A stretch of 64,000 bases of DNA from Terriglobia bacterium (GCA_963788485.1 CAWBIS010000206.1:22301-86300), one strand, 5' to 3'. Counted from the first letter of the stretch, positions 20,069 to 30,631 are shown. Translations and numbers: made by a program. Notes: generated from the letters alone by a model not told the origin.

Positions 20069-20913
20069 TGCGGGGTCGCGCGCATGTGCTCGCGAAGGTG
20101 TTCGTCGAAGAAGATCGATTTCGAGAGCGAGCGCCAGCTGCCTTCCGGATCGCGCCGCATGGCGATCATCTCGGCCCCGACGGAAATCGCGATCTCCTCA
20201 GGCGACACCGCGCCGATCTCGAGACCCATCGGCGCGTACACCCGCTCGAAGGCCTCATGCGGAACCCCTTCTTTTTCGAGTTCTTTCACCACCGCAATCA
20301 CCTTGCGCTTGCTGCCGATCATTGATATATAGCGGGCCTGGGTGGTGACGGCCCAGCGCAGCACCCGCATATCGTCGCGGTGCCCGCGGGTTACGATCAC
20401 GATGTAAGTCGATTCCGTGATGCCCAGTTTCGGATAAACCTCCTCGTACTCGCCGGCGTGCACTGCGGCGACGTCGGGGAAGCGCTCCCGATTGGCGAAG
20501 GCTTCGCGATTATCGATCACGGATACGCGAAAACCTGCCAGGTCGAGCACTTTCGCAAGGCTTTTCGAAATGTGTCCGCCGCCGAAAATCAGCGCCGCCG
20601 GCTGAGGCGTGATGCACTCGACGAAAACGTCCAACTGCCCTCCGCAAATCAGCCCGTTGTCGTAAGCCGCATCCTGGCCCAGGCTGAACGACATGTGACG
20701 GGGCTTGTTCGTGGCGATGACTTCGCGCGCGGCGTTCCAGACTTCCGCCTCCACGCAGCCGCCGCCGATTGTACCCACCATCGAGCCGTCCTCGCGCACC
20801 AGCAGCTTCGCGCTCTCGAAGCTGGGGATCGAGCCGCGCACCTGCACGATGGTGGCCAGCGCGCATTTCTGGCCCAGGTTACGAAGGTGGATGAGTTCGT
20901 CGAAAACGTCCAT
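20065..20913 (-). CDS. XdhC/CoxI-family molybdo-enzyme maturation factor
   Basis: MDVFDELIHLRNLGQKCALATIVQVRGSIPSFESAKLLV...GTIGGGCVE plus a Rossmann part IFGGGHISKSLAKVLDLAGFRVSVIDNRE. I chose the ATG at 20913; the longer ORF start at 21072 adds an Arg/Ala-rich extension that overlaps the divergent gene. Confidence 0.8.
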   Translation of the reverse strand: MDVFDELIHLRNLGQKCALATIVQVRGSIPSFESAKLLVREDGSMVGTIGGGCVEAEVWNAAREVIATNKPRHMSFSLGQDAAYDNGLICGGQLDVFVECITPQPAALIFGGGHISKSLAKVLDLAGFRVSVIDNREAFANRERFPDVAAVHAGEYEEVYPKLGITESTYIVIVTRGHRDDMRVLRWAVTTQARYISMIGSKRKVIAVVKELEKEGVPHEAFERVYAPMGLEIGAVSPEEIAISVGAEMIAMRRDPEGSWRSLSKSIFFDEHLREHMRATPQ

Positions 20914-20956
20914 TCGCCACCAATTATATCGGTCTTTCCGTGTTACTGTGACGGCA

Positions 20957-21538
20957 ATGACTCCCGGTCTGGTACTCACGCACGGCGCCGGTGGTAATTC
21001 CGAAGCGCCTCTGTTGATCGCTGTGGCGGGGGCCTTCACCGCGGCCGGATACCGCGTGCTCCGCTTCGACATGGCGTTCCGGCAGCGGCGACGGTTCGGT
21101 CCGCCTTCACCCGCGACCGCGGCGCAGGATCGCGACAGCCTGCGGCAGGCGGTAGCGGAGATGCGCCAGCGGGTCGACGGCCCGGTCGTTCTGGGTGGGC
21201 ATTCCTATGGAGGACGCCAGGCGACGATGCTGGCGGCGGAAGAGCCGTCGGTTGCGGACGCATTGCTGCTGCTCTCTTACCCGCTGCATCCACCCAACAA
21301 GCCGGATCAGTTGCGGATCGCCCATTTTCCCGCGTTGCGTACGCCGGCGCTATTCGTGCACGGTACGAAAGATCCATTCGGCACGATCGCGGAGATCCGC
21401 GCGGCAATTGCGACAATCCCCGCAAAGACAGAGCTTCTGGCACTGGACGGCCTCGGGCACGACCTTGGCCGCGGCCTTTTTGACTTGGCCCGGCTACCCC
21501 GGCTTCTCGCTGCCACGGAGGCGGAACATCACCCGTAA
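20957..21538 (+). CDS. Alpha/beta hydrolase (dienelactone-hydrolase/KANL3-like)
   Basis: LVLTHGAGGNSEAPLL, nucleophile elbow GGHSYGG and C-terminal FVHGTKDPFG...GHDL. ATG at 20957. Confidence 0.7.
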   Translation: MTPGLVLTHGAGGNSEAPLLIAVAGAFTAAGYRVLRFDMAFRQRRRFGPPSPATAAQDRDSLRQAVAEMRQRVDGPVVLGGHSYGGRQATMLAAEEPSVADALLLLSYPLHPPNKPDQLRIAHFPALRTPALFVHGTKDPFGTIAEIRAAIATIPAKTELLALDGLGHDLGRGLFDLARLPRLLAATEAEHHP

Positions 21539-22957
21539 GCCGCTGCGCCAGTCGGCGGCCAGCCCGATGCGGGTGATGTCGATCTCCGGCGAAAACGCTG
21601 CCAGTACAGTTTCGGTCGTCGAGTGGAATTCGAGCGCGGGAGCCACGAGCAAAATCCGCGGCGATTCGCGAGCGATAACGTGACCCACGAAATAGCCGAG
21701 CCTCTCGAAGTCTCCCGCAACCAGGTGCTTTCGCACGCGCAGCCAATAATCGAGCGCCTGGAAAGGAAGCTGCAGATCGGCGGTGGCTTTGAGTTCGATC
21801 ACCGCCAGACGGCCGGTGTGATCGATGCCAAGCAGGTCGATGACGCCGCGGTCCGCGGCACTGAAAATTGGGACCTGCCCGTAGATTGGCACCGGGCGAA
21901 GCGCTGCGTCGATGGCCTGCGGATGCGCTCGCACCTGCGCCTCCAGCCAGCCTTCGGGATAAAGCGAGTAGAGCGGATGCTGGCGATCGCCGCTGTCGGG
22001 ATGCCGCACGCGGGCGATTTCGGCCGCCATCGCCTGAACCTCCTGGATACTGGCCCGTTTTCGTCTGGCGATACCGCAGGTGAGTTTGCCTCCGGCGGCG
22101 CGGGCGAATTCGAGGCCGCGTACCTGAAAGCTGATCGAGCCGTCGGATCGTTCGACGACATCCACGTCGGTAAGCTGCGGCAGTGTCTCCACGTACGTAT
22201 TGGGCAACCCGGCGCGCCGGCAGGGTGGCAGCGTGGATTCGACATTACCGGCGTCGGCAAAATCGATTACTCCGGCGCGGTCCTTTTCATCGAACGCGAA
22301 CAACTGGCATGCCACCACGTTCGGATTGAGACATGCGGCGCGGAACGCGACTTCGCTCTCGCGACCCAGAGGCACGAAGAGCAGTAATCGTGCCAGCGAA
22401 AGCGTTTTTTCGCGACGGCGAAGATAATCGAGCCAGATCAAACCGAATGCCGCGATACCCGCGCACTCGGCGCCCGGCGCGGCCCCCATGACGGCAATAC
22501 CCGAATTTCCGAGCCGCAGAAACGCGCGCGTATACGACGGCGAAAGGCTTTGCTCGAGGTCTGCCTCGGAGCTGATGTCTTCGATGCGCCAGCCCGGAAA
22601 TTCACGCGCCAGCATCAGGTAGAAGCGTTCGCGGAAGGCCAGGCGTGTGGTCCTTCGCTCCATCTCGCGTCCGTTCGGCGAATCGAGATCGGCGATTTGC
22701 AGCTCTCCTTCGGATTTTGGGAAGCGCTCCACGAGGAAAATGATCCGGTCCCGGCGGCGTTCCTTCAGGCCGACGATTTTGCGCACCAGGTTGCGTTCGC
22801 GGTCCCAGGCCTGCAGCACGAGGCGGCCATTCCATTCGGAGGCGCTCCACTGATCGGCGATCAGAGAAAGCGGTTCTTCGCCCTGATCCAGCACCGCCGG
22901 TTGAGCCGCCGCGGCGACGAAGCTCTGGATAAGACTTTGAAGATCCGAGGGCGACAC
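21494..22957 (-). CDS. Conserved hypothetical protein with a C-terminal PD-(D/E)xK nuclease-like motif
   Basis: 487-aa ORF. The C-terminal [20 protein letters not shown]...ALDYWLRV resembles the D...E-x-K core of restriction-endonuclease-fold proteins. Confidence 0.5.
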   Translation of the reverse strand: MSPSDLQSLIQSFVAAAAQPAVLDQGEEPLSLIADQWSASEWNGRLVLQAWDRERNLVRKIVGLKERRRDRIIFLVERFPKSEGELQIADLDSPNGREMERRTTRLAFRERFYLMLAREFPGWRIEDISSEADLEQSLSPSYTRAFLRLGNSGIAVMGAAPGAECAGIAAFGLIWLDYLRRREKTLSLARLLLFVPLGRESEVAFRAACLNPNVVACQLFAFDEKDRAGVIDFADAGNVESTLPPCRRAGLPNTYVETLPQLTDVDVVERSDGSISFQVRGLEFARAAGGKLTCGIARRKRASIQEVQAMAAEIARVRHPDSGDRQHPLYSLYPEGWLEAQVRAHPQAIDAALRPVPIYGQVPIFSAADRGVIDLLGIDHTGRLAVIELKATADLQLPFQALDYWLRVRKHLVAGDFERLGYFVGHVIARESPRILLVAPALEFHSTTETVLAAFSPEIDITRIGLAADWRSGLRVMFRLRGSEKPG

Positions 22958-23037
22958 GCGCTGATGAGGCTAACATCTCACGGCGGTCATTCGGCTATGC
23001 CGGGCTGTCGCAGGTTATAGTCGTTAGGACAAAGACT

Positions 23038-23796
23038 ATGGTAGGGACCGGAAAGATTGCGCTCGTCACGGGCGCCGGCAGTGGCATCGGCAAGGCAGCC
23101 AGCCTGGCCTTGCAGGCGGCGGGATATTCGGTGGTCGTGGCCGGCCGGCGCGCGCCGGAGCTGGAAAAGACCGCGGCTGCGGCGGACCCGAACGGCGGCA
23201 GGATGTTTGTCGTTCCCGCCGACGTCAGCAAACAGGAATCGGTGCGGGCGCTGTTCGCGCGCGTGGGCGAAATGTTCGGGCGGCTCGATGTGCTCTTTAA
23301 TAATGCCGGTTACGGCGGCCGGGCGATACCCGTGGAAGATCTCACCCTCGATCAGTGGAATGCCGTCATCGGCGTGAACCTCACCGGCGCGTTTCTATGC
23401 GCGCAGGAAGCAATCAAGCTGATGAAGGCCCAGCAACCGCGGGGAGGCCGGATTATCAACAATGGATCTCTTTCAGCGCATGCGCCCCGCCCGAATTCTG
23501 CGCCTTACACGGCCAGCAAACACGCCATGACCGGCCTGACCAAATCCATTTCGCTCGATTGCCGCAAGTATGATATCGCCTGCGGCCAGATCGACATCGG
23601 CAACGCCGAGACCGAAATGACCCAGCGGATGTCGAGCGGCATTATCCAGGCAAACGGCGAGACGATGCAGGAACCGCGCATGGCGGTCAGCCACGTCGCC
23701 GACGCCGTTGTCTATATGGCGAATCTGCCGCTCAACGCCAACGTTCAATTCATGACGCTGATGGCCACCGCGATGCCGTTTATCGGGCGTGGGTGA
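23038..23796 (+). CDS. Short-chain dehydrogenase/reductase (SDR)
   Basis: [11 protein letters not shown] cofactor motif, NNAG, and catalytic YTASKHA. Confidence 0.9.
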   Translation: MVGTGKIALVTGAGSGIGKAASLALQAAGYSVVVAGRRAPELEKTAAAADPNGGRMFVVPADVSKQESVRALFARVGEMFGRLDVLFNNAGYGGRAIPVEDLTLDQWNAVIGVNLTGAFLCAQEAIKLMKAQQPRGGRIINNGSLSAHAPRPNSAPYTASKHAMTGLTKSISLDCRKYDIACGQIDIGNAETEMTQRMSSGIIQANGETMQEPRMAVSHVADAVVYMANLPLNANVQFMTLMATAMPFIGRG

Positions 23797-23814
23797 TACA
23801 ATCCCACTGGTTCG

Positions 23815-25053
23815 ATGACCGCGGCCGCCAAACCTCTCAGCCTTCGAAGCTGGCTGACGCTGTTCACTTCCTTCGTGATCCTGACGGTCGCTTTCGCATT
23901 CGGATTATTCTGCTGGCCCGCGATTTATCGCCCGCTTACCAGAGCCTTCGGCTGGAATTTCAGCCAGGCGAATGCGGGCGGGTCCATTGTTCTGTTTCTG
24001 ATCGGAATCCTGTCCCCGTTCGTGGGTACGCTGGTGGATAAATTCAGACCGAAGCGAGTGATTCTGGGCGGCACGCTCATCATCGCGGTGGCGCTGGGAC
24101 TGCTTTCCACCATCCATTCGCTTGCGCAGTATTATGCGTTTTGCTTTCTCCTCGGCATTGGCGCTTCAGCCGTTTCCATTCTGCCCACCTCGATTCTGAT
24201 CGGTCCTTTCTTTTCCCAGTGGCGCGGACTGGCGGTGGGCTTCATCAATGCGGGAATCGGCCTGGGCGGGTTCATTGCGCCCCGTTTGGCTACGGCGCAG
24301 ATTGCCCGGCGGGGGCTCCCGGGCACCTTCCTGGTGCTTGCCTCGTGTATGGCGATTCCGTTTGTGTTGACGATGATTATCGTTAGAGACGAGACGAGCG
24401 GCGCGCTGCGTCCGAAGTCACCTTCCGGACAGGTTCCCACGCTGGGCGAACTCGTGCGCATGCGGATGTTCTGGATCTTCGGCACTGCGCTTTTCTTCAG
24501 CGCCCACGCGATGCTGGGTGTCCAGCAGAACCTGATCTCCTATCTGACGGGCGAGCATGTTTCACCCAAAACCGCCGCGCTGATCCTCGCCATCGCACTC
24601 GGCGCCGCGGCGCCGGGGAAACTGATCAGCGGCATTCTCGCCGACAAGATCAATGCGCGCGCGGGCATGATTTTCAGCGTGATCTGCGTAACGCTGGGAG
24701 TCCTCGCCCTGCTCAACACCGCGCCGCAATCGGACAGGGTCTACTGGCTGGCCATCCTCTTCGGAATGGGATATGGCGGGATCTTCAATGCGGCCCCGAC
24801 GATCATTTTCGAGTACTTCGGAACGCATCAGGTGGGCAAATGTCTGGGTCTCTTCTACGTGTTTTTCGGCCTCGGCACCGCGAGCGGCGGCGAGGTGGCA
24901 GGCTATCTTTTTGACCAGACACACCGCTGGTCAACCCCGTTCACAGTGGATCTGGGACTCGCCTGCGCCGGGCTGCTCCTGCTTCTGGTGAGCGCCAGGC
25001 AAACTCGCGCGGCGGCAATTCCGGCGAGGCGACAAGCTCTTTCCGCGACTTAA
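23815..25053 (+). CDS. MFS transporter
   Basis: 412 aa with about 12 hydrophobic helices and a typical loop 2-3 motif (GTLVDKFRPKRV). Confidence 0.8.
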   Translation: MTAAAKPLSLRSWLTLFTSFVILTVAFAFGLFCWPAIYRPLTRAFGWNFSQANAGGSIVLFLIGILSPFVGTLVDKFRPKRVILGGTLIIAVALGLLSTIHSLAQYYAFCFLLGIGASAVSILPTSILIGPFFSQWRGLAVGFINAGIGLGGFIAPRLATAQIARRGLPGTFLVLASCMAIPFVLTMIIVRDETSGALRPKSPSGQVPTLGELVRMRMFWIFGTALFFSAHAMLGVQQNLISYLTGEHVSPKTAALILAIALGAAAPGKLISGILADKINARAGMIFSVICVTLGVLALLNTAPQSDRVYWLAILFGMGYGGIFNAAPTIIFEYFGTHQVGKCLGLFYVFFGLGTASGGEVAGYLFDQTHRWSTPFTVDLGLACAGLLLLLVSARQTRAAAIPARRQALSAT

Positions 25054-25062
25054 ATAACATCC

Positions 25063-25587
25063 ATGGCAGACAGACTCGTCTTCGAAGGTAACTGCTGGAA
25101 GTTCGGGAATAACATACCCACGGACCTGATTACCCCGACTCATATCATGTGGAAGACTCCGCGGGAAATGGCCAAGCACGTTCTCGAAACGGCGAACCCC
25201 GAATTCCCGCTGAAGGTGCAGCCGGGGGACATCCTCGTGGCGGGACGGAATTTCGGCTGCTCCTCGGGCCGGGCGCTGGCGGCAAAGGCTTTGAAAGCGA
25301 CCGGCCTCGGCGCAATTCTGGCGGAATTGTTCGCCCGAACTTTCTACCGCAACGGGCACGAGATCGGGCTGCCGCTTCTTGAAATCGGCGGGGTGCACAA
25401 CCTGGTGGAAACGGGCGACCGCGTGCGGGTCGATATAACGCGTGCCAGCGTGGAGAATCTGACTTCGGGCAAATCGATTCAGGGGACGCCGCCATCTGAC
25501 TTTCTGCTCGAAATGGTGCAGGCGGGCGGCCTGATTCCTCTGCTGAAATCCGGGTCGAAGCACTTTGAGACGATAGCCCGGCGATGA
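25063..25587 (+). CDS. Aconitase-family small subunit (LeuD/HacB-like)
   Basis: DILVAGRNFGCSSGRALAAKAL matches the LeuD signature G.NFGCGSSRE. Confidence 0.8.
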   Translation: MADRLVFEGNCWKFGNNIPTDLITPTHIMWKTPREMAKHVLETANPEFPLKVQPGDILVAGRNFGCSSGRALAAKALKATGLGAILAELFARTFYRNGHEIGLPLLEIGGVHNLVETGDRVRVDITRASVENLTSGKSIQGTPPSDFLLEMVQAGGLIPLLKSGSKHFETIARR

Positions 25588-26657
25588 TCCTTCTGAACAA
25601 TGAGGAAGTGGAGAAGGCGCTGACTCCACAGGACGCGATCGGCGCCACTGAGATCATCTATCGCGAACTGGCCGAAGGCAAAGCCATCAACCGGCCGCGT
25701 AGTCAGACTTACATGCCGGTGGAATCGAAAGAGAATCCCGGTTTCCGTTACCGCTTCAAATCGCAGGAAGGCAGCGGCGTAACCAGCGGCGTGTGGGCGC
25801 TGCGGATCACGTCCGATATGGCCGGGTTCTCCTTCACCGCGGGTGTGAAGCGGCGAAGAATCCTGCCTGTCGCGACCGGCAATCGGTATTGCGGCCTGGT
25901 GATTCTGTTCGATCTCGAGCGCATCGAACCGATCGCGATTATGCCGGATGGAGTGATTCAAAAAGTTCGCGTGGCGGCGCTGAGCGTGGTCGGCGCGAGA
26001 TATCTGGCCCCGGAGAAGCCAAAGGTTCTGGGATTATTCGGCAGCGGCTGGCAGGCGGGCGCGCACCTCGAGTTTCTTTGCAGCGAATACCAGTTCGACA
26101 GAGTCAAAGTCTTCAGCCCGAATCAGGAACATTGCCGGGAGTTTTGCGCGAAGATGAGCGCCCAGCTGAGCCGGAGTATCGAGCCGGTGGATTCGCCGGG
26201 CAAAGCGGTCGAGGGCAGCGATTTTGTCCAGGCTGCGACTGCGGCGTGGGACGCGGTCTTCGATGGACATCTGGTCGAGAAGGGGATGTATGTTGCGTCC
26301 ATCGGCGGGTCGGACGCCAGCAACAAGCGCCGCGAGATTGACGATGAAACCATCCGTCGGGCGGATTTGTATGTGGTGCATTCGAAGGAAGTCGCGCGTC
26401 TGGATCAATCGCCCGATGTCTGGGAGGTCGCGCAGAACGGGATCAAGTCGTGGGAGTCGATTGTCGAAGTACAGGATCTCATCGCCGGGAAAATTCGGGG
26501 TCGCACGAGCGCGGATCAGATTACGGTGTTCAATAACAATACGGGCGCGGGTACGCAGTTCGCCGCGGTGGGAGCGGCGGTTTTGAAGCGCGCGCGTGCC
26601 ATGGGCCTTGGCCGGGAGCTTCCCGCGGAGTGGTTCCTCGAGGACGTATCGCCCTAG
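25584..26657 (+). CDS. Ornithine cyclodeaminase / mu-crystallin family protein
   Basis: Length and pattern fit the family (Rossmann segment LGLFGSGWQAGAHLEFL). ATGA overlap with the upstream gene. Confidence 0.7.
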   Translation: MILLNNEEVEKALTPQDAIGATEIIYRELAEGKAINRPRSQTYMPVESKENPGFRYRFKSQEGSGVTSGVWALRITSDMAGFSFTAGVKRRRILPVATGNRYCGLVILFDLERIEPIAIMPDGVIQKVRVAALSVVGARYLAPEKPKVLGLFGSGWQAGAHLEFLCSEYQFDRVKVFSPNQEHCREFCAKMSAQLSRSIEPVDSPGKAVEGSDFVQAATAAWDAVFDGHLVEKGMYVASIGGSDASNKRREIDDETIRRADLYVVHSKEVARLDQSPDVWEVAQNGIKSWESIVEVQDLIAGKIRGRTSADQITVFNNNTGAGTQFAAVGAAVLKRARAMGLGRELPAEWFLEDVSP

Positions 26658-26735
26658 CTCCAGGGCAGATTGTCAATCTGCCTCCGCGTGCTCGCGACAA
26701 GGCCGGGTGGGTTACCAACTCGCACCATAAATTTG

Positions 26736-27815
26736 ATGACGATTAACACGAAACATCTCGCCCGGCTGACCAGCCTGATGGCTGAAAACAGCTGGGACTT
26801 GCTCTTGTTATACGGACACACGTGGCGGAAAGATTTCTTCCGCTATCTGGCAAACGTGAACTTCTCCGGCCCTCACGCCGCGGTTGCGCTGGACAGATCT
26901 GGCGAGGTTCGCGTCCTCGTATCGGACCCATGGGATTTCGAAGCGCTGTCAGACAGCGATCATGTAGCGTTCACACCCGATTTCACCTCCGGTTTAAAGC
27001 GCCTCGCGTCGCAATCGCAGCATGCCAACGTAGCTGTCGCCGGGATGGAGCTGATGCAGCTGCGGTTCATCGAAGCGCTGAAACAGCCGGTTTCGGCGAC
27101 GGTCGCGGTCGAGGAATTACGCCGGGTCAAGGACCCCGAAGAGCTCAGCAGCATCCGCAGAGCGGCGGAGTTATCCGACCGGGGATATCAACGGTTCGTC
27201 GAGGCGGCCGAGCCCGGGATGACGGAGTATGAGTTAGTCGCGGAAGTCGAAGCTTTTCTGAAAGCACACGGGGCCGAAGATAACTTCATGTTGATTGCCT
27301 CGGGCGGCACGGAAGTCACCGGCATGAAACCGCCGACGGGGCGCAAGTTACAACCGGGCGATTCAGTAACCACCGAACTGACGCCGCAAATCGACGGATA
27401 CTGGGCGCAGATCTGCCGGACTCTCGTCATCGGCGAACCCAGCTCGAAGCAACTCGAAGCGTTTGCCATATTTGCCGAGGCACAGAAGGCGGCGGAGGAG
27501 TTGCTCAGGCCGGGTGTGAATATCGCCGATGTTGCGCGGGTCCAGAATGACGTTTTCCGTAAGTACGGGTATGGCGATTACACAGGTCCGAAATACACAC
27601 GCGTGCGCGGGCATAACCTCGGCCTGCATCCGGATGAGAACCCTTACGTGCTGGAGGATGTCAATTACATCGTGAAAGAGGGCATGGTGGTGATCGCGCA
27701 TCCCAACACCTATCTCCCGTTGTCCGGATACATGGTTTTCGGAGATACTCTGCTGGTGACCGCGGTTGGCTGCGTGGCGCTGAATTCCACCGAAAGGAAG
27801 TTATTCCGGAAATGA
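26736..27815 (+). CDS. M24-family metallopeptidase (Xaa-Pro peptidase/creatinase fold)
   Basis: Creatinase-like N-domain is followed by a pita-bread domain (KDPEELSSIRRAAELSDRG, ...HNLGLHPDE..., VIAHPNTY). ATG at 26736. Confidence 0.75.
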   Translation: MTINTKHLARLTSLMAENSWDLLLLYGHTWRKDFFRYLANVNFSGPHAAVALDRSGEVRVLVSDPWDFEALSDSDHVAFTPDFTSGLKRLASQSQHANVAVAGMELMQLRFIEALKQPVSATVAVEELRRVKDPEELSSIRRAAELSDRGYQRFVEAAEPGMTEYELVAEVEAFLKAHGAEDNFMLIASGGTEVTGMKPPTGRKLQPGDSVTTELTPQIDGYWAQICRTLVIGEPSSKQLEAFAIFAEAQKAAEELLRPGVNIADVARVQNDVFRKYGYGDYTGPKYTRVRGHNLGLHPDENPYVLEDVNYIVKEGMVVIAHPNTYLPLSGYMVFGDTLLVTAVGCVALNSTERKLFRK

Positions 27816-28720
27816 AGCGAGGCTGGATCACGTGGGATAAGGCGGAGATTCCTCCGGCGGCCTTTGAGAAGCGGCTCGACGTGGCGCGAAATCATCTGGC
27901 CGCGCGCGATCTTCCGGCGCTGGTGGTCTATACCGACGTGTGGCGCTCCAATCAGGGCCGGCATTTTTCCAACTTCATGCCCTATTGGAACCGGGCACTG
28001 CTGGTAATCCCGCGGGACGGCGCACCCGTCCTGCTCTGTGGGCTGTCGCCGCGGGTTTATCCGTGGATTCGCTCGGTGACTATTCTGGAAGAAATCCAGC
28101 CGAGCCCCAATCTCGCGCAGCAGTTGCAGAAGATGTGCGGCGACAAGGGGTGGACGCGCATCGGGGTGCTCGATCTGCCGCAACTCCCATCCGATCTCGC
28201 GGCGCCGAATGCGGTCGACGTGCCCTGGGTCGCGGTCCATCCGACTCCGGATGAGAGTGAATTGAAGATGTACCGCCGCGCGGCGAAAATGGCGCGCGAA
28301 ATCCTGGAAGCGGAGATGGCGTACGGGGCGGGGATGGTCGATCACGAATTTGTCGGTCGGCTGGAACTGAAATACCGGCGAGCCGGCGCGGAGGATCTGG
28401 TGATTCTGGCGACGAACGGCGACACTCCACCCCTGCCTCCTGGCGGGGCAACACTCGGCGATTCGTTTTCGCTGGCGGTGGCGCTCGAGTATCGCGGTCA
28501 TTGGGCGAAAGTCGCGCGATGTCTGGCGCCGAACTCAGGCGCGGCCCGGGAAGCAAAAATCGAACTGCTTTCCGGTCCTTACCCTTATGAATTCTGCGAC
28601 CGCGCCGATCTGGACGATGGCGCCATCTTCGCACTCCACACCGAATTCCAGAAAGACGGGAAACGGTTGTTTTCAAGCGACAGCTGGAGACAGGCGCCGG
28701 GTAAAGCCGAACTTCTATGA
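27812..28720 (+). CDS. M24-like (creatinase/prolidase fold) protein, possibly non-catalytic
   Basis: Layout resembles the preceding gene (ESELKMYRRAAKMAREILEAE), but it is shorter and the metal-ligand motifs are not obvious. 4-nt overlaps on both sides. Confidence 0.5.
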   Translation: MKRGWITWDKAEIPPAAFEKRLDVARNHLAARDLPALVVYTDVWRSNQGRHFSNFMPYWNRALLVIPRDGAPVLLCGLSPRVYPWIRSVTILEEIQPSPNLAQQLQKMCGDKGWTRIGVLDLPQLPSDLAAPNAVDVPWVAVHPTPDESELKMYRRAAKMAREILEAEMAYGAGMVDHEFVGRLELKYRRAGAEDLVILATNGDTPPLPPGGATLGDSFSLAVALEYRGHWAKVARCLAPNSGAAREAKIELLSGPYPYEFCDRADLDDGAIFALHTEFQKDGKRLFSSDSWRQAPGKAELL

Positions 28721-29973
28721 ACGTGATCGAGAAAATCCTGGCCAGAGCCAGCGGCCATAAGGAAGTGCGCCCGGGGGATGTGGTGGTGGCGAACGTCGAT
28801 CTGATGGTGATGCACGATCTAAGCTCCAATTTCGTGATGAAGGTGTTCGAGAACGAGATGGAGAATGCAAAGATCGCGGACCCGTCCCGCATCACCTTCG
28901 TGTTCGATCACAACTTCGCGCCCGCGACCCAGCAGGCGGCCGAGGCGCTCGCGGCAGTGCGAAAATTCGCCGCAAAACATGACATCCGGCACGTATTCGA
29001 CTGCGGCCAGGGGAGCGTGCATCACGCCATCATCGAAAGCGGACTGTGGAAGCCGGGCCAGGTGATCATCGGTTGCGATTCGCATACGCCAATTTACGGC
29101 GCGCTCGGTGTGTTTGCGACCGGCGTCGGCAATAATTCGATGGCCGCGCTGGGTTTTCAGCACAGCCTGGGGTGGTTCCGGATTCCCGAAACGATTCAGG
29201 CTTTCTTCCGGGGAGAAACGGGACCGGGCGTGACGCCGCGCGATATTTCGCAGTATCTTGTGGGACGGCTGGGAGAAGACGGCGCCGTCTATAAAGCAAT
29301 AGAATACGCCGGCCCTTACATGCAGGGTCTGCCCGTGGTCGACCGGATGCTGTTTCCGCTCATGTCGATCGATGTTGGCGCCAAGTGCGGGTTCATCAAT
29401 CCCGATGAGAAGACCGTGGCGTTCGCGAAGGCGCATTCCGGCGCGAAAGAATTTGAAATGCCCGTCAACGATCCGGGAATCGTTTACAAAGATGTGCTGG
29501 AAATCGACGTGACTCGAATCGGTCCGCAGGTGGCGTGCCCTCCAACTGTGGGCAACGTAAGACCGGTCGAGGAAGCGGCGGGGATTCCAGTGAATATCGC
29601 CGAAGTCGGTGGCAGCACCGGCGGACGCATCGAAGACATTCGCCTGCTCGCGCGCTGTTTCGAAGGACGCAAAGTCCACCCTGACGTCCGTCTGCAGGTT
29701 GTGCCGGTGAGCCGGGGAACTTACAGCATGGCGTTGCGCGAGGGTCTGTTCCAGATTCTGCACGACGCCGGCGCAAATATTTTCCCTCCCAGCGCGGGAT
29801 CGAATCAGGCGTTCAACATGGGTGCGATGGCGGAGGATGAGGTCATGATTTCGACCCAGGCGCGCAATTTCCCGGGACGCAACGGTCATCCGAAAGCGCG
29901 GCATTACCTTGGGTCGACGCTTACGGTTGCGGCGTCGGCGATCGAGGGGCGCATCACCGATCCACGAAGCTGA
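28717..29973 (+). CDS. Aconitase-family large subunit (LeuC/HacA-like, 418 aa archaeal-type)
   Basis: MNVIEKILARASG...DLMVMHD..., Fe-S ligand region IGCDSHTPIYGALG. Confidence 0.85.
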   Translation: MNVIEKILARASGHKEVRPGDVVVANVDLMVMHDLSSNFVMKVFENEMENAKIADPSRITFVFDHNFAPATQQAAEALAAVRKFAAKHDIRHVFDCGQGSVHHAIIESGLWKPGQVIIGCDSHTPIYGALGVFATGVGNNSMAALGFQHSLGWFRIPETIQAFFRGETGPGVTPRDISQYLVGRLGEDGAVYKAIEYAGPYMQGLPVVDRMLFPLMSIDVGAKCGFINPDEKTVAFAKAHSGAKEFEMPVNDPGIVYKDVLEIDVTRIGPQVACPPTVGNVRPVEEAAGIPVNIAEVGGSTGGRIEDIRLLARCFEGRKVHPDVRLQVVPVSRGTYSMALREGLFQILHDAGANIFPPSAGSNQAFNMGAMAEDEVMISTQARNFPGRNGHPKARHYLGSTLTVAASAIEGRITDPRS

Positions 29974-29975
29974 GG

Positions 29976-30203
29976 CTACCGGGAGTTCGGTGCGTTATTC
30001 ACACCGCCAGGATCGCTCCCTGCGTCGGGGCCGGGATTCCCGTTGGCAGGCCCCAATGCATTGCTCTCTCCGTTGCCCTGTTTGAACGCGCCGCCCCCGG
30101 TCGAGTTGTTCTCCGTCTGGGTGCCGCAGTTCATCAACGCGACAGCCAGCGCAGTCATTGCCAAAGTCCGAAGGAATCGTCTGCCGGCAAACCCTCTGAT
30201 CAT
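29976..30203 (-). CDS. Small putative lipoprotein
   Basis: Signal sequence plus lipobox (LAVALMNCG), then a Gly/Asn/Pro-rich tail. Weak call. Confidence 0.35.
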   Translation of the reverse strand: MIRGFAGRRFLRTLAMTALAVALMNCGTQTENNSTGGGAFKQGNGESNALGPANGNPGPDAGSDPGGVNNAPNSR

Positions 30204-30355
30204 GATTAATCTCTCGCGCCTGACGCCGCACCCATCGGGCCATTGTCCAGTCCCACACGAGAGCTAAAAAACTCAAAACCTGATCCAGCAGTTGCAGAGG
30301 CAGATGGTTTCCGCCCCTGCTCCCGCTGAAATGAGAACCCCTTTCGTAATGGGCT

Positions 30356-30631
30356 CTACCGTGGCAGTCGTGAATACAGGTATATCGCCGCAAGGATCAG
30401 GCCGCCGCCGACCGTTAACGCGGTCAATCCTTCGCCCCAGCGATCGATGCTATCCATCACTCGATAGAAGGCCTGTTGCCTGGGGATCATCGCTTCCTCG
30501 CCGGTCGCGATGTGCAGATTATCGTCTTCGTGCAGCGCCATCAGGTTGCGGTAGAGAGCCAGCGCCAACACGATCGCGGCCAGGACCGCCCAAGTCACTA
30601 CGTAAGGGGTGAATCTCATAAAAATCAACAA
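30356..30631 (-). CDS. Small two-TM membrane protein
   Basis: Two hydrophobic helices (YVVTWAVLAAIVLALALY and LTALTVGGGLILAAIYLY) flank a polar loop. Confidence 0.45.
   Translation of the reverse strand: MLIFMRFTPYVVTWAVLAAIVLALALYRNLMALHEDDNLHIATGEEAMIPRQQAFYRVMDSIDRWGEGLTALTVGGGLILAAIYLYSRLPR

Noticed and set aside
20913-21072. N-terminal extension of XdhC (ORF start 21072). Similar extensions exist for tmk (50782), the TIGR03435 protein (54409), the aldehyde dehydrogenase (54348), the P-type ATPase (44250), the PEP-CTERM protein (38785) and the M24 peptidase (26670).
   Set aside because: The extensions are Arg/Ala-rich and not homologous to the families. They overlap neighbouring genes or promoters. 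Internal ATGs give canonical N-termini.
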